Shown here piece after piece: positions 37,733 through 49,665 of a stretch of DNA of 64,000 nucleotides. The first letter of the stretch is position 1, and each line of letters begins with the position of its first letter. The stretch is taken from contig DF236970.1 in the NCBI GenBank assembly GCA_000708835.1, forward strand, positions 186,001 through 250,000, written 5' to 3'. A program made the translations under genes and the position numbers. This stretch comes from Klebsormidium nitens (Eukaryota; Plantae; Klebsormidiophyceae). The notes under the pieces were generated by a model. It did not search any database. It was given only the letters and a program-made list of their open reading frames with translations, and was not told the DNA's origin.

Positions 37733-40700
37733 ATGAGTTCAATGGAGGCAATCAAGTTTCCAATCAAAGTTGTATCATTGCTGTGGAAAACGGTTCTGGA
37801 AAATGGATGGTTCGAGTCACTGGTTCTTCTCATTCTGATCACGATCAGTGCAGTGGCGGAGCTCTTTTCAAGGATTCTCAGTAAGCTTACTTCCAGCTTT
37901 ATCGCTTCTCCTACTGTTGCTATTTGCTACCTATGCTGCAGGTTCTTATGATGACGCTGAAAGTAGCAGCTTGCATTAGCTGCTGTTTATCTCGCGTTTA
38001 CAGCCTCGTTTTCATAAGCATGCAATCATAGCTGCTCAGAATTCCAGCTTCTTACAGCTGAGATTCTATTCATTAGTAGTTTCAGACTGCAACGTTTACC
38101 TTGAAGACTGTAGACACGACCTCCGGAACAATCTAACGATGAACCTGATCTCAACGACGTACAGAGTAGCTCGATACCATGAAAGCATCAAGCAGAGCAC
38201 TCCTCATGTTATTTGGTGGTTCTGCAATGTCTAGACAAAGCTTACTCGATGTTGCTCAGCTTTCAGCAAGTGGTCGTCATCCTCATCAAACCTTCCCATC
38301 TGTGTGAAGAACTTACTCTCCTAAAATATTATGAATTCTGAAGAACGATTGTTCTGGCACTGCTCTGACACTTTGCTTACAAAGCAATAAACCTGATGGA
38401 AGAAGATAAGCGACAGATTCCTTCAACTTATTGGTTGCTCGTTCTTCCTGCAGGTCCCCTCATTAGAATCTTCCCTTACGACAGCTTCAGCTCGCTGGTG
38501 AACATTCTGGATCCAGCATTTCAGCTTGACAAAGCAGTCAGAGAATCCTTCCCTAACGTTCAAGACGCAGGGAGCAAGTCCAATCTGGTCTTGGCAGCTT
38601 TATCTAGTGCTCTTGCCTACGAGAATCTGGACAAGATCCGGAAAGTCATCACAGCAGATTGGCAGGTATGTACGGTTACTTCAATTTCACCTTTTTGCAC
38701 CTGGATACCATTGCAGTCTTGCGCATTGATCAGAAGTATGGGGTGCGAGGAGAGGACGCTGAAGCTACGATCGAAGGTAGTGCTGGTCAGAGGATTGCAA
38801 GAAGGATGGATCCTTGAACGTGACGCTCAAAATTGCGGTTGAGCACCTGACATGCTCCAGAAGATTCTGAAGCATGACCTACACTTGGCATAAAGCTGAT
38901 CTTGGTGAAAGCATAAGAATCATCTCAAGCTAGCTGAGAGGTTTCTAAGTTAATACTTAAGCAACTGCTCCAAATGCTGAAGCAGATTAGTTACCTCCTT
39001 ATTTGCTTGACCCATTTGCTCTTCCTATTTCCTTGCAGATGGCCTGGTTTGCTGGCTACAACTTCCTGCCGTCCGGTAAATAAAAGAAAGATCCTTTCGG
39101 CTGGACTACACTTCTTTGTCGTTCTTGGCTTTCTCAAGCAAATTCCGTTGGACCGTCAGATGTACTGAGGTCAAATTTCTCATACACTGGTGCTTGAGAT
39201 GAGTTGCAGATCAAGCCGATCCATCTTCCACCTCAAGTCTACGGTTTCATAGCAGAGCGCATAAGTTCATTAGTAGTATCTGTAGAAAGAAAATGCAAGG
39301 CTGGAAAGTGCGCATTTTGGCAACCGCACTGGTCGACCACTTGACTTCCTTCGTGCGCACTTGCAGGATCCCGGGCCCTTTTGTTCCATGCTTCCAACCC
39401 CTCAACGGGAGAACAGGCGGTGGTACTGACGTTTAAGGGGACGGAGCCCTTTTTCCTGCGCGACTGGCTGGTTGACGGCCGGACGGAAATGTACCGACAT
39501 CGTCCTACCAAAGAGCATCCTGAGTGGGAGACGCTCGGGGCCATGCACCGAGGCTTCCTTTTCGCCTTGGGGCTCGTGGACCGTCCAAAGGTGACTTGAC
39601 ACTTTCAAAACTTCCCTCAGCTCAACTGCCGGATTGTTTTGCAGAGTGTGAAGTCTTCGAGATCAGTAGCCCCAATATGCCCACCCTATGAATCGCCTAG
39701 CTTCATCAACTGTTATTTCTTCCTTTCTTTTTCGTCCGGAGTCTTCCACTTCGATTCAGAATACCACTTGGTAAAGAACCTTATCACCTCAGTGAGCCTA
39801 TACAACATGCTGTCGTGGCATACAGCCAACCAGACCAACGTTGCTCACGGATGGAGGCATTCCTGCCTTGCTATTCTTCGGCAGAGTGACCCGTCGACTT
39901 CCCCGCGCTTCCAACCAAGCGTCGTCATCCTCGACCAGTTCGGCCAAACCCGCAGCGTCTCGGGCGCGCTTCCGTACGACCGCCTGAAACTCGACCTAAC
40001 CCAGATCCTGACCGACAACCCGGCCGCTCAATTGCTCATCACCGGGCACAGCCTCGGGGGCGCCCTCGCCGTGCTCTTCACCGCTCACATCCTTGCTGAT
40101 GTCACAATTCCCTCGAACCCCGTGGCCCCGCCGTTGGGAACCGTGAAGCCCCTGAAGGTTGTGAAGCCTGGGGACAACCACTTCTGGTTCAGCCGGCTGG
40201 GGGGTTTGTATACTTTCGGGCAGGTAAGCACTTGTAAAGCGCAATGCATTTTTGTTTTTTTACCAGTTCTGGGGAATAGTAGAAGCTCGCGAGAGAAGTC
40301 CGAGTCAGAATCAGAATGTCATTATCACCAGTGCCTGGTGTTCTTGCTGACAACGGGTGCGCTATTCTCATGTATCATCTGAGGACTACTCGGCCCTGAA
40401 CATGCACGCCTTAATGCTTTGATTGTCGAATGAAGTTCGGGACAAAAAGGGCTTATTTCCGTCGCCCCCTCTCAGCTTACTCAAATCCCCTTGTCCCTAT
40501 TCACAGCCCCGGGTGGGAGACGTGCGCTTTGCGGTCTTCATGGAGCAACTGAATGCTGATGTGGACAGGCTGCTCTACTTCCGATTCGTCCACAATGATG
40601 ACGTCGTCCCCCGGCTGCCGCCCGCCACGCCGCGCATGTACCAGCACGTGCAGCCGCTTTTATACATCACCGAGTTTGGAAGTATCACTGTAAGTCTCAG

Positions 40701-41528
40701 CTCAAGGACAGTTTCTGATGAGACCGCTGGTAAAGTCAACGGCGAAATTAAAAACTCCTAATAGAAGATGACGTTTTGTAAAGCGCTGCGCAGGGCGTCA
40801 CGTTTGCTCACAAAGCAATCTGTCTCGGGCAGTGTTGCCTCGAGTTTTTGCTAGATTGTTAGTCTGCTTCGAGGAGCTGTAAAGTATGCGAAAGGATCAG
40901 CTTTAGCCCAGGAGAACGTGAGGCTAGCAAAAAGATTGCCGTTTGAAGTTGTAGAATAGGGAGAGATTGACCATATCCTGTGGATATACATCTTCTCCTT
41001 GCTTGGCAACCTTCGATTAGCATCTGCGAGAACTTCGAAGAATCCAGTCGATCTCGGCCGTCCTCGAGTCTAATTCAATCTTCCGTCTCGCCTCAGGGCG
41101 CCATGGAGCAGCCGCCGCTCATTCTGTTCAAGCTCATCATCGACGGCGTCTTCAAGCCGTTCGTCTCGGGCTGGTTGGGCCTTATCCTCGCTGCGATCGT
41201 CTACCCCGGGGCGCTTCTCGCCGGCCTCGCCACCGGGCTGCTCTTCGGCGTCATTGGCTGGATGATCGCCCCGGTTGCTTTTGTCCTGGGCGCGGTTCTT
41301 GGCGGCGGCGGCGCGTTCCTCGCGCTCTCGATCCTGACTGTGATCGTTAGCGACCATTTCATGCACGATTACAAGCGCGAGATCCGTGGCCTGAAGGTGG
41401 ATACTGTGGGAATTGACACGCACCAAGTGAAGAGCCCGCTGGGTGCCGCACTAGACAAGGTTTGCACGCCCATGTTTGCCTCGAACCCCTCCACCCCGAA
41501 TGCAGCCGTTCCAAAGAAGTTCGTTTGA
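37733..41528 (+). CDS. Class-3 (Lipase_3) triacylglycerol lipase, oil-body-lipase-like, ~524 aa
   Basis: join(37733..37880,38454..38665,39039..39075,39367..39590,39885..40223,40507..40689,41097..41528), phases consistent. VVLTFKGTEPF, MHRGF, ITGHSLGGALA (Ser), YTFGQPRVGD, RFVHNDDVVPRLP (Asp), SDHFMHDY (His). Exact start uncertain. Confidence 0.88.
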
Positions 41529-42936
41529 TCGGGCGTCAATGCAGAGGTATTTCGCAGCAGAACTGTGACTGACTCGATAGCAGCTACCGTAAAGACCTAC
41601 GTTGAGAGACAGGAAGCAGAAGCCATGATCCGTAGTTACGTGCTTTTGAACTGTTGCTTGAGGTGAAGTTGGTTAACCTTTCAATCAGCAACTGCATCCG
41701 GAGTCGGACAGTGTCTGACGGTTCTAGTCGCATAAATCTAGGAGAAGTAAGTTCAGGTTACTATTGCTGAGCGTCAATTTAACGAGTTCAGGTGATCATG
41801 AGCAACTGTAAAATCATAATGCCAGTCACTTCTGCTGTCAAAGACATGAGAGTCCGATTGCATGATGAGCGGGTTTCATTATAGCTGTAAGTCGTTGACA
41901 GTCGAAATCTTGGTTGGCAATCGTTATACTGCGTGCATGCGTGGCGTTTGCCAGCTAGCTATTTTGTGAGCATTCGAATATGCTGAAAACGTGTGCTTTC
42001 GAAAGGGTAACAATGCTTGTTGCTCGCATTCCGTATATTACGTGGCGAGTCGAAATCAGCGGCTGTTGTTCATGCATCATTGGCGCCATGCATGCAATGA
42101 GTTGTGGACGCCCGGCTGCCCCCAATACGACCGGCCAACAGAGAGATGCTGCACATGTTTTGATGGTCGGCGACTGCACGACGACCTTGAATGTAGGATA
42201 TTCCCTCAATGTCTGAGTCGGAGGATTGCATCCATGACAGCACACGAGCTGCTGCAGCCGTAATTGCTATGGCCGGAGAGTCACGCCGGCCGGCAGCCCT
42301 CATTGGTGAGTTAGGCGGCCCGCGCTGCTGCAGGTAGATGCCGCATTTTTGGCACCATCCAGCAATGTCGCACCTTGCAATTATCTTGTAAGACGATTAA
42401 CATCATGTTTTCAGAAGCAAGATATCGTCAGTTCTGGACGTACATATGCACACATACACTTCGATCTTGGGCGCAATCACGTGGATTCCAAGGATCTCTT
42501 TCTTGAACCCATGCACCTTGCCTGTATACAGCTTGCTTTTAACTAATCATACACAAGGTTTGCGCATTGACATTTCCGGGCTTTACAAAAAGCTGACGCC
42601 TCCGCAGATTCCTCTAATGGACTAACGGTTGGATGTTGCTTGGAATCTCGGAGTAGAGCCTGCGAAGAGACACAGGATAGATCAATAATCTCACAAACAT
42701 TGAGCGGATTCAAGTCGACAAAAAACATTGCATGCGTGTGCGTCTCACAAGGTATCATGGAGATCGTCACTGCTCTTAAGCCTCAATAAATGACAACTAT
42801 GGCAGCCTGCTTCTCATAAGAGGGGGGCGGCGACAATACAAAAATAAGCCCACAAACGATAAGAGCTTTCGAAAGACCTTCCCTCAAGCTGTGATAAAAC
42901 CGTCCAGTTCTCTTTCGATATGACTTTAGAGTATGC

Positions 42937-43069
42937 AAGCCTCAGACAGCGGCCAGACCGCAGGTTTTGCGGCACTACCATACAGGTGATATAGCCTGAG
43001 GGTTCTCCCTGCAGAGCAGGGTTCAAGCCAACACCCAGCTTTCGCCATAAAGTCTTTCATCATGGGCTT
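42937..43069 (-). ncRNA. Candidate box C/D snoRNA 1 (~133 nt)
   Basis: Minus strand reads AAGCC-C-ATGATGA...CTGA-GGCTT: perfect box C (43063..43057), box D (42945..42942) and a 5-bp terminal stem in canonical geometry. Internal hairpins ccctgc/gcaggg, cagg/cctg, ccgca/tgcgg. No target assigned. Confidence 0.6.
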
Positions 43070-43259
43070 CTCAAGAGCTCAGAACCCTCTCAAATATAAA
43101 ACCTTTGAAGCACTCAAAGCATAACACACATACGACAAGGACAACCTTTTAGATCCAGGGTGGATCCAGGCAACTGCAATTGAACATCATGACCAAGAGG
43201 AAGCTCTTACAGGATACCAAACAGGCAAAAAGAAAAGAGTGAAAAAAAGAGAGTAAGGG

Positions 43260-43358
43260 GGTGCTTGGATCAGCTACTGGCTTGAGGGTCTGACGACCCT
43301 ATTGCGCATTTAGAATCAGCGTCGATCATTTGGGGAAAGTGTCATCATTTCCAGCACC
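43260..43358 (-). ncRNA. Candidate box C/D snoRNA 2 (~86 nt core)
   Basis: Minus strand reads GGTGCT-GGA-A-ATGATGA...CTGA(D', 43319..43316)...CTGA-TCC-A-AGCACC: perfect box C (43348..43342), D' and D (43273..43270), 9-bp terminal stem with one bulge. The D box ends ~60 nt upstream of a long polypyrimidine tract/acceptor (43206). Confidence 0.65.
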
Positions 43359-45214
43359 TTGGAATGAAGAAAGTTGGTCGCAAATACCAAAATGGGCCAT
43401 ACGATACCAACTTCACTGACTCTCCTACATGCTTATGCAACTGGACGCAAAAAGCAGGAACAAACATGGCAACAGACCAGAAGCAGCCTTGTGAAGCATG
43501 ACCATGCAGAGCTGATGGACCAGCACGGACAGGAAGATGGGGCCAAAACAGAAGGAAACCAGGCCAAGTTTACCGTGAAGTCAGCAGCAACCCAGTGTCA
43601 GAAATAATAGCTAAAGACGGTATTCGTGGTACCACGAATTGCAAACATCTGTCCAAGTTTCGTTCGATACTAGCTGTAAACGCTTTGAACTTGTGAGGCG
43701 TACTGAACGAGACAGCATTGCCAGCTCACCCGAATCACTTGTGGAGAAGATGGACAACCACCAAGCACAGCAGGACCCCTCCTTACATGTGGAGTGGCGG
43801 CGCACTCATTCATTAAGGAGTTAGCAGATCAACTGCAAGAGCAAACAAGGGTGAGTGGATGCTGACTAAACAGCGCTTGCAAAACAAAGGACTAAGCGAG
43901 GAAAATCTTAACAGGCCAAGCAGAAAAGTTCATGTCAGCAGGACTTTAATCTGCACTAGTTCTGACCGATGAGGGGCATGGTGGTATTGAACACCCACTT
44001 ATTATACATCTATCATTAAGAGCGAACAGTAGCAGTCGGACACAAGCACTTGATTTCTTAGCCACCACTCGACGTCTGGTACCATTACCCAGGCTGTGAC
44101 GGTTCCGAGACAATTTTCTTTCTCAGCCTGCATCCTGGTGTCCCTGATCCACCGTGCCTTCTCACAGGCAAACAGAGTAAACAGCTGATTACAATGCCAT
44201 CATGCACATTTGTCAATACACTCCAAGAGACATCACCACCCTGATCATTGCAAACAACGGGACAACCCCCTATGGAATCAGCTGCTAAATCAGAACTAGC
44301 TGCTAGCAAGACCGAAGTTTGATGAATGTCACCAGCGCACTAGACTTCCTTACAATGTCACCTTTCAAAAATCTTCCCATCGGTGTAAAGCATGTCCAAA
44401 ACAAAAGCGATGCACTTGGAAAAACCAGACATACCTGAATGAACAGTACTTCTGATTGAGGGGTGGTGCACGGCGGCGGCGCCGCTATGCGACCTTGGTG
44501 AAGGAGGTTGCGACTTCTCCATAAGAGCAGCTTTCACTCAGCCACAGTAAGGCACCTCAAGCGGTGCTCTGTTCAGCGGGTGCATGGTGAACAACAACGT
44601 AAGACTTTCTCTCCAATGGTGACAACTCTTCCTCCTCCTGTTGGAGGGCGGTGAACAGCTGAATAGGATGGTGGTCAATGCGACCACCAGAATTCTCTGA
44701 AACCCATAAAATTGCAATGAAGCCATTGCAAAAGGGCAGGCTTGCAGAAGGGCCAGGCTCACGATTTCTTTCTTGAAAAGGGTGTCGCTAGCGATCCATG
44801 AACGGTTTCTGTGGTAACGGCAGGTGTTCGGCCCAAGTATCAGGTACGTCTGAAGAGTACCGTAGTAGCACCGGGCTTCCTGCCGGTAACGGCAATAGAA
44901 CAGTATGCCTGCTTGGCACCGTGGATGGATCTTCTGGACTTGAGCCCTGCGCATAAAATTTGGAGACGATCAGGGAACAAACTTGCACGCGCTTGCCACC
45001 ACGACTCACGAGCTTGTGTTTGGGCATGTGACATCGCATTGCTTGGAGCTGGTGGCCATCTATGATTTTGTCGTAGCTTCTGGAGCTTCAGAAAGTACTG
45101 CCTTTGGCATAATTTCTCTTCAGCGCTGGATTCAGTTCTCGTAGTGCTTTGGGCCACCTAAATTTTGCGCCTGGCCTTGGAAAAAAGCTAAAAAGCCTTT
45201 AGAAAATCCAAACG

Positions 45215-48106
45215 ATGAGACCGCCGCGGGGTGGAGGTGCAGGCTTCAGAGGAGGCGGCGGAGGCAGAGGGGGCGGTTTTAGAGGCGGGGGTGGGGGCGG
45301 TTTCAGAGGAGGGGGCAGAGGGGGAGGGGGTGGATGGAGAGACGAAGGGCCACCCTCAGAAGTAGTAGGTGCGTGGATCACCCTTTGAGACTCATTGGCC
45401 TAGTAGGTACATTGATCGTTGATATTGATGGGCAGTTCTTACTCATACACCGATTTGCTGCGAAGGGGTTGGGGGCAGTGTCAGAACTGTGACAAGCTGG
45501 TGGTAATGGTGTGGGCTTTTCAGGGTGTGAAGGAGATGTGAAACACAATGTGGAGAGTCCACCTTGGTTTCGGGGCCTTGCTTGGCTTGCTCCATTTTTG
45601 TTTTTGGACCGGTCGAAAGCCTCGGCATCATTAACCGTGGAGCTCGATGTTTTGAATCTAGAATGCTTCCCTGTCCTTCTGCATACGATGTGGCAAGGAA
45701 AAACCAGCAACTACCACCGGTCAATCACTGGCCGGGGAAGACCCTGCCACCAGCATGTTTTACCCCGCACTCAAGCCCAAGCGTTGCGACTGTTCTTCTT
45801 CCCACTGAAGAAAAAAGGGACCCATTCTTCATGAGAAAGGACGCTTCATGGTCTGGATTCTTGTTCATTCTTCCTGGATGGAAGAGGCGCGCCGCTTGTG
45901 ATCGAACAGCCACTGAACCTTTGGCTATCTCCAGGAATCATAGCATCACGCGCTGCGCTGCTGCAAGGCTTTCTTGAATGGTCGCTTGCTCTCCGCCACC
46001 TATAGAGCCAATTTCGAGTATGAAACATAGCTTACATCAGCAGCGCACCAAACAGCGACTAAGTTTACTTTTGAGGCCTTATCCGCGGGCATTGCTTAGG
46101 TTGAAGGTGGGGATGCGCATTCTCAGGGGTTTGGACGCACACAGAGGGACACTCTACCTCGCTTTTATGTTTGTATGTGCAGAAGCCTCTGTTGATCACT
46201 TGAGTTTTGAGTTCGTCAATCAGAGTACATAGAACAACTAATTAAAGCTGGTTAAAGCTCCAGGTTAAGAGCCTCAAATGGGCGTTTCCCTGCAGAGGTG
46301 GCCACATACTTGCACGCGTGCGAGGGCGAGAGCGTTGTGAAGCTGACCAACGTCAAGATTCCGTACTTCAACGCGCCAATCTATCTGGAAAACAAGACCC
46401 AGATTGGGAAGGTGGAGGAGATCTTTGGTCCCATCAATGACGCCGTGAGTGTTGCGAGGCGTCTACTTTTGTCCCTCTTTGGGGTTATTCTTCTCTTATC
46501 AAGATGTAGTATGTGCGCACCAAACGCTGCATTTGGGCTGAATTTGTAGTGGGCCACTCCGCATCATCAGGGTTTGTCGAAGCTCGTACTTGGTTGCAAA
46601 GACCAACTTGAAAGAGCTGGTTGCTAGTTTCAGCAGCGATGTAGGTTGCACTCGTTGATGTCCATTAGAGTTCGCGCAAGGACAAGGAAGGAGGCTTGAT
46701 GTGTGGAGGGAATGGGGCGGCAGGCAACATACTAGCTGAAGTTAGGAGGCAAGAGCGAACTCCTCTGAGGACGACTGCGGCAGGATTGGCTCGAGATTTT
46801 GGACCGGTTTTGGGTCGTTTTCAAGCAAAGGATTTGAAAATCGCAAGATTCGGCCCACTACTTCGCCCCACAACCCATGCCAATCACACAAGTGTCAGAC
46901 CCCTTTCCAAAAGGCCTATGCAGACGTCCGCACTGCTTGGGGTAAGCGATTTTCTGCTTCCTCTGGTGTATCAGTGTTAGCTCCGGCATATGAAAGTGGC
47001 GGCAGTGGCGGCTCTAGAAGGGCGTCCCAAGTCTTCCACTTGTATCACGGTGCTTCGTCTGGGAACCCTGGATTGTTTTCTGAAAGCGGTCCCTGTTTTC
47101 AGAGGGACTTTGGTTCTTGAACGATCCAAAATATGCTCGACCTCTGCGATTGATTCCAACAAGACATTTCGCCCTTGCCCAATCGAAGCTCCTAAGTCGG
47201 GATTGGACGACTTCGAATGTACCAGCGCGGAGTTATCGGTGACCCCACAGCAAAGGGTTTCCTGTACTTGCAGCATTAGCTTCGATGTTTCTCGGGCGCT
47301 TATCCTCTTAGCATAACATTTCCTGATTATCTTTCCACCTGTATTTTGCAGCACTTTTCAATCAAGATGGAAGGCGGCGTCGTGGCTACCTCGTATCGAT
47401 CAGGGGACAAGTTTTACATCGACCCCGCAAAGCTGCTGCCCCTCGAAAGATTCCTGCCGCAGCCCAAGTAAGCGACAGCACCTTTTCTAGACCAATGGAT
47501 GTTGTGCACGGATGCATGGAAAGGGGTGGGAAATCAAAGGCATGAGCCAAATTGGAGTCTGTCCTGATCCTGATACATTCATGCGTCCTTCAAAGTTCTC
47601 TGGATTCGAAGACTGGTTGCTGTTCTTCGTCGGTTTAGGATCAGCGCAGGTTTAGGTGTCGGTCGGTTGATTGAGGTTCAGATGCACAAACGAAAGCAAT
47701 CTCACGACCTTTCCACTACTGATTCTATGTGATCTGACCAATTCTCAAAGTCTCGCCAGCTGCTTTTCCATCTCCAGCAAGGGTTTCCGCTCCACTGGAC
47801 ATTTCTGTAAACGCCTTTGGTGCACTGTCGGGTGCTGCATTCAACAGATCCTATCCATTTCCTCCTCTCGATGCAGGGGTGCCAGCACCGGTGGTCGCGG
47901 CGGCGGTCGGGGCGGTCGGGGCGGTCGCGGGGGTGGAAGAGGTGGACGGGGCGGGGGCGGTGGTTTTAGAGGGGGGCGGTGGCGGAGGTTTTAGGGGGGG
48001 CGGCGGTGGTGGTTTCAGGGGAGGCGGTGGCGGGGGTTTCCGAGGGGGCGGTGGGGGCGGTTTTAGAGGGGGGAGAGGCGGGGGTGGGGGCCGTGGAAGA
48101 TATTGA
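45215..48106 (+). CDS. GAR1: H/ACA ribonucleoprotein subunit GAR1 (apparent +1 frameshift in the C-terminal GAR tail)
   Basis: join(45215..45368,46296..46444,47352..47467,47877..47994 or ..48106). N- and C-terminal RGG/FRGG repeats; core [68 protein letters not shown]. As written the frame stops at 47994; removing one G at 47971-47976 extends the RGG repeats to 48106. Confidence 0.95.
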
Positions 48107-48930
48107 GAGGAGCCCATCCCGTGGGATTTGTTCATACATTGCAGCTCTAATCTTCGTACTATCCTTGTACTGTCGGCAAGGCCAGATTCGTGCAATTCGT
48201 CCATGCAAATCGATTGTTCACCGATGGCAATGCGGATTTTGGGTTCGTTTTTCATTTCTGCCAATCATCAGAGTCCTTCTCGCTTGCCTCTCAAAGCTTT
48301 ATGTGATCAATAGTTACAAGCTTAGTGACATACATGTGAGTTATCAATGATTATTACTGGCATTGCTTGATTGCCTCTCAAACCAAAGCGTATCATAGGA
48401 GCGAATCAATGGTGCCACTTTGATACAGTCAGTGCATTGTCGGAGGCACGGATCCTCAACAATTACAACGTCTGACAAGCGGTCATGCACCACGTTTCTG
48501 GAGGCAACCGTCAAGTTCTCAAGTATGGACCTACTGAGAAAAAACTTGTTGGTGCGGCAGAAATGCTTGTATAATGCCCAATACGGCAAGAACAAATTTG
48601 GTAGAGCTAACCGATTTTGTGTCGATGCAAAGAACATGTTCTAAAACGACTTGCCTTCAAAATTTGAGCCTCAGGAGTCGGGCTATGCTGCTGCATGTGG
48701 CAACGGCGACGCGAAGATACGGGCCTTCGTGTAAGTCGCACACAGTACGATCAGAGCGAGTGACCACTGACTTTCTCTGGCATGCATGTCACCACTGCCC
48801 CTGCTTGTGAGGGATCCCCCTCAGCCCCACGGCTACGTCAGGCTGCGTCCGCCTGGGCGTGCGCGGCGAATCGAAGTCTGTTTTCGTGACGTCGGCCTCC
48901 GCCGAGAATTTCTGACATGTGAAGCCCGTG

Positions 48931-49585
48931 CTACCCCGTGGTCTTGACGAACACATATTGGCCGTCGATGTTCTGTCCGGACTTCGCATCTTGGACCTCT
49001 ACCGTCCGATAAGAGTTCGTCCAGCTGAGTCAAGTGACTGCATGATGAAAGTTGCGCTCGAGTCTTGTTCAAGTTGCCATGAGGATAACTACCTACCTAC
49101 TGTACTGTAATACACCTTATGCTGGTGTAGGTTTGTCTTCGTCATACCGTACCTATTATGGTTGCTGTACTGCCATGGTCTTGCTCTTTGGTCCCCAGGC
49201 ACCGCCGGCATTTGGGAGAACTTCTTCAAGGGAGAAGCGCTCCAAAAAGTGTTGTCCTCGCCATAATAGTGAAAGCCTTCATGACAGGTTAAGGCGCAAG
49301 CCTTTTGACAAGGTGGCTGTGTTCCGTTATTATTCCAGCAGGTCCGGCCAGCAGGTTGGACCCTTTCACGGCGCCCCTGGCAGATTGGTCAGACTGGTCA
49401 GCTGAAACGATATTTCTTTGCTGTATCAGACTTTTGTAATCTGGGGCCATTGACCGGTGTGCACTGAGCTCTCAGAGGAAGCCGCACATTGTGTTCAATT
49501 TGCAGCTTTTGTATCCTGATCTTCAAATGCTTACTGCCATCTCATTAGGAGACCCAGACGCGCCGCAGAATAACAAAAACTCCAT
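48931..49585 (-). CDS. Cryptic small Cys/His-containing protein (~122 aa), unknown function; not in the ORF track
   Basis: complement(join(48931..49024,49153..49376,49535..49585)). Donors gtaagc and gtacgg; acceptors ctgaccaatctgccag and ttgactcag; phases 0 and 2 match. Product MEFLLFCGASGSPNEMAGRRERVQPAGRTCWNNNGTQPPCQKACALTCHEGFHYYGEDNTFWSASPLKKFSQMPAVPGDQRARPWQYSNHNSWTNSYRTVEVQDAKSGQNIDGQYVFVKTTG*. No homology recognised. Confidence 0.55.
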
Positions 49586-49665
49586 TGCAAAACGTTACGT
49601 CTAGTCTCAACCAGAGAAGTTGCTAAGGATAAGAACTGCCAAGGAGGAGTTACCAAAGAGCAGCC

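Larger units (their letters stand above)
42806..44500 (-). ncRNA. Putative spliced non-coding snoRNA host transcript, divergent from GAR1
   Basis: Minus-strand donors cag|gtatgt (44434), acg|gtaaac (43572), aag|gttgtc (43145); acceptors ctcttgcag (43833), long Y-tract...cctgtaag (43206), gaagcag (42807). Exons have stops in all frames or only short ORFs. Ends are approximate. Confidence 0.45.

Noticed and set aside
47851-48264. Pro-rich 'extensin-like' minus-strand ORFs (also 45199-45381)
   Set aside because: Reverse complement of GAR1 RGG repeats.
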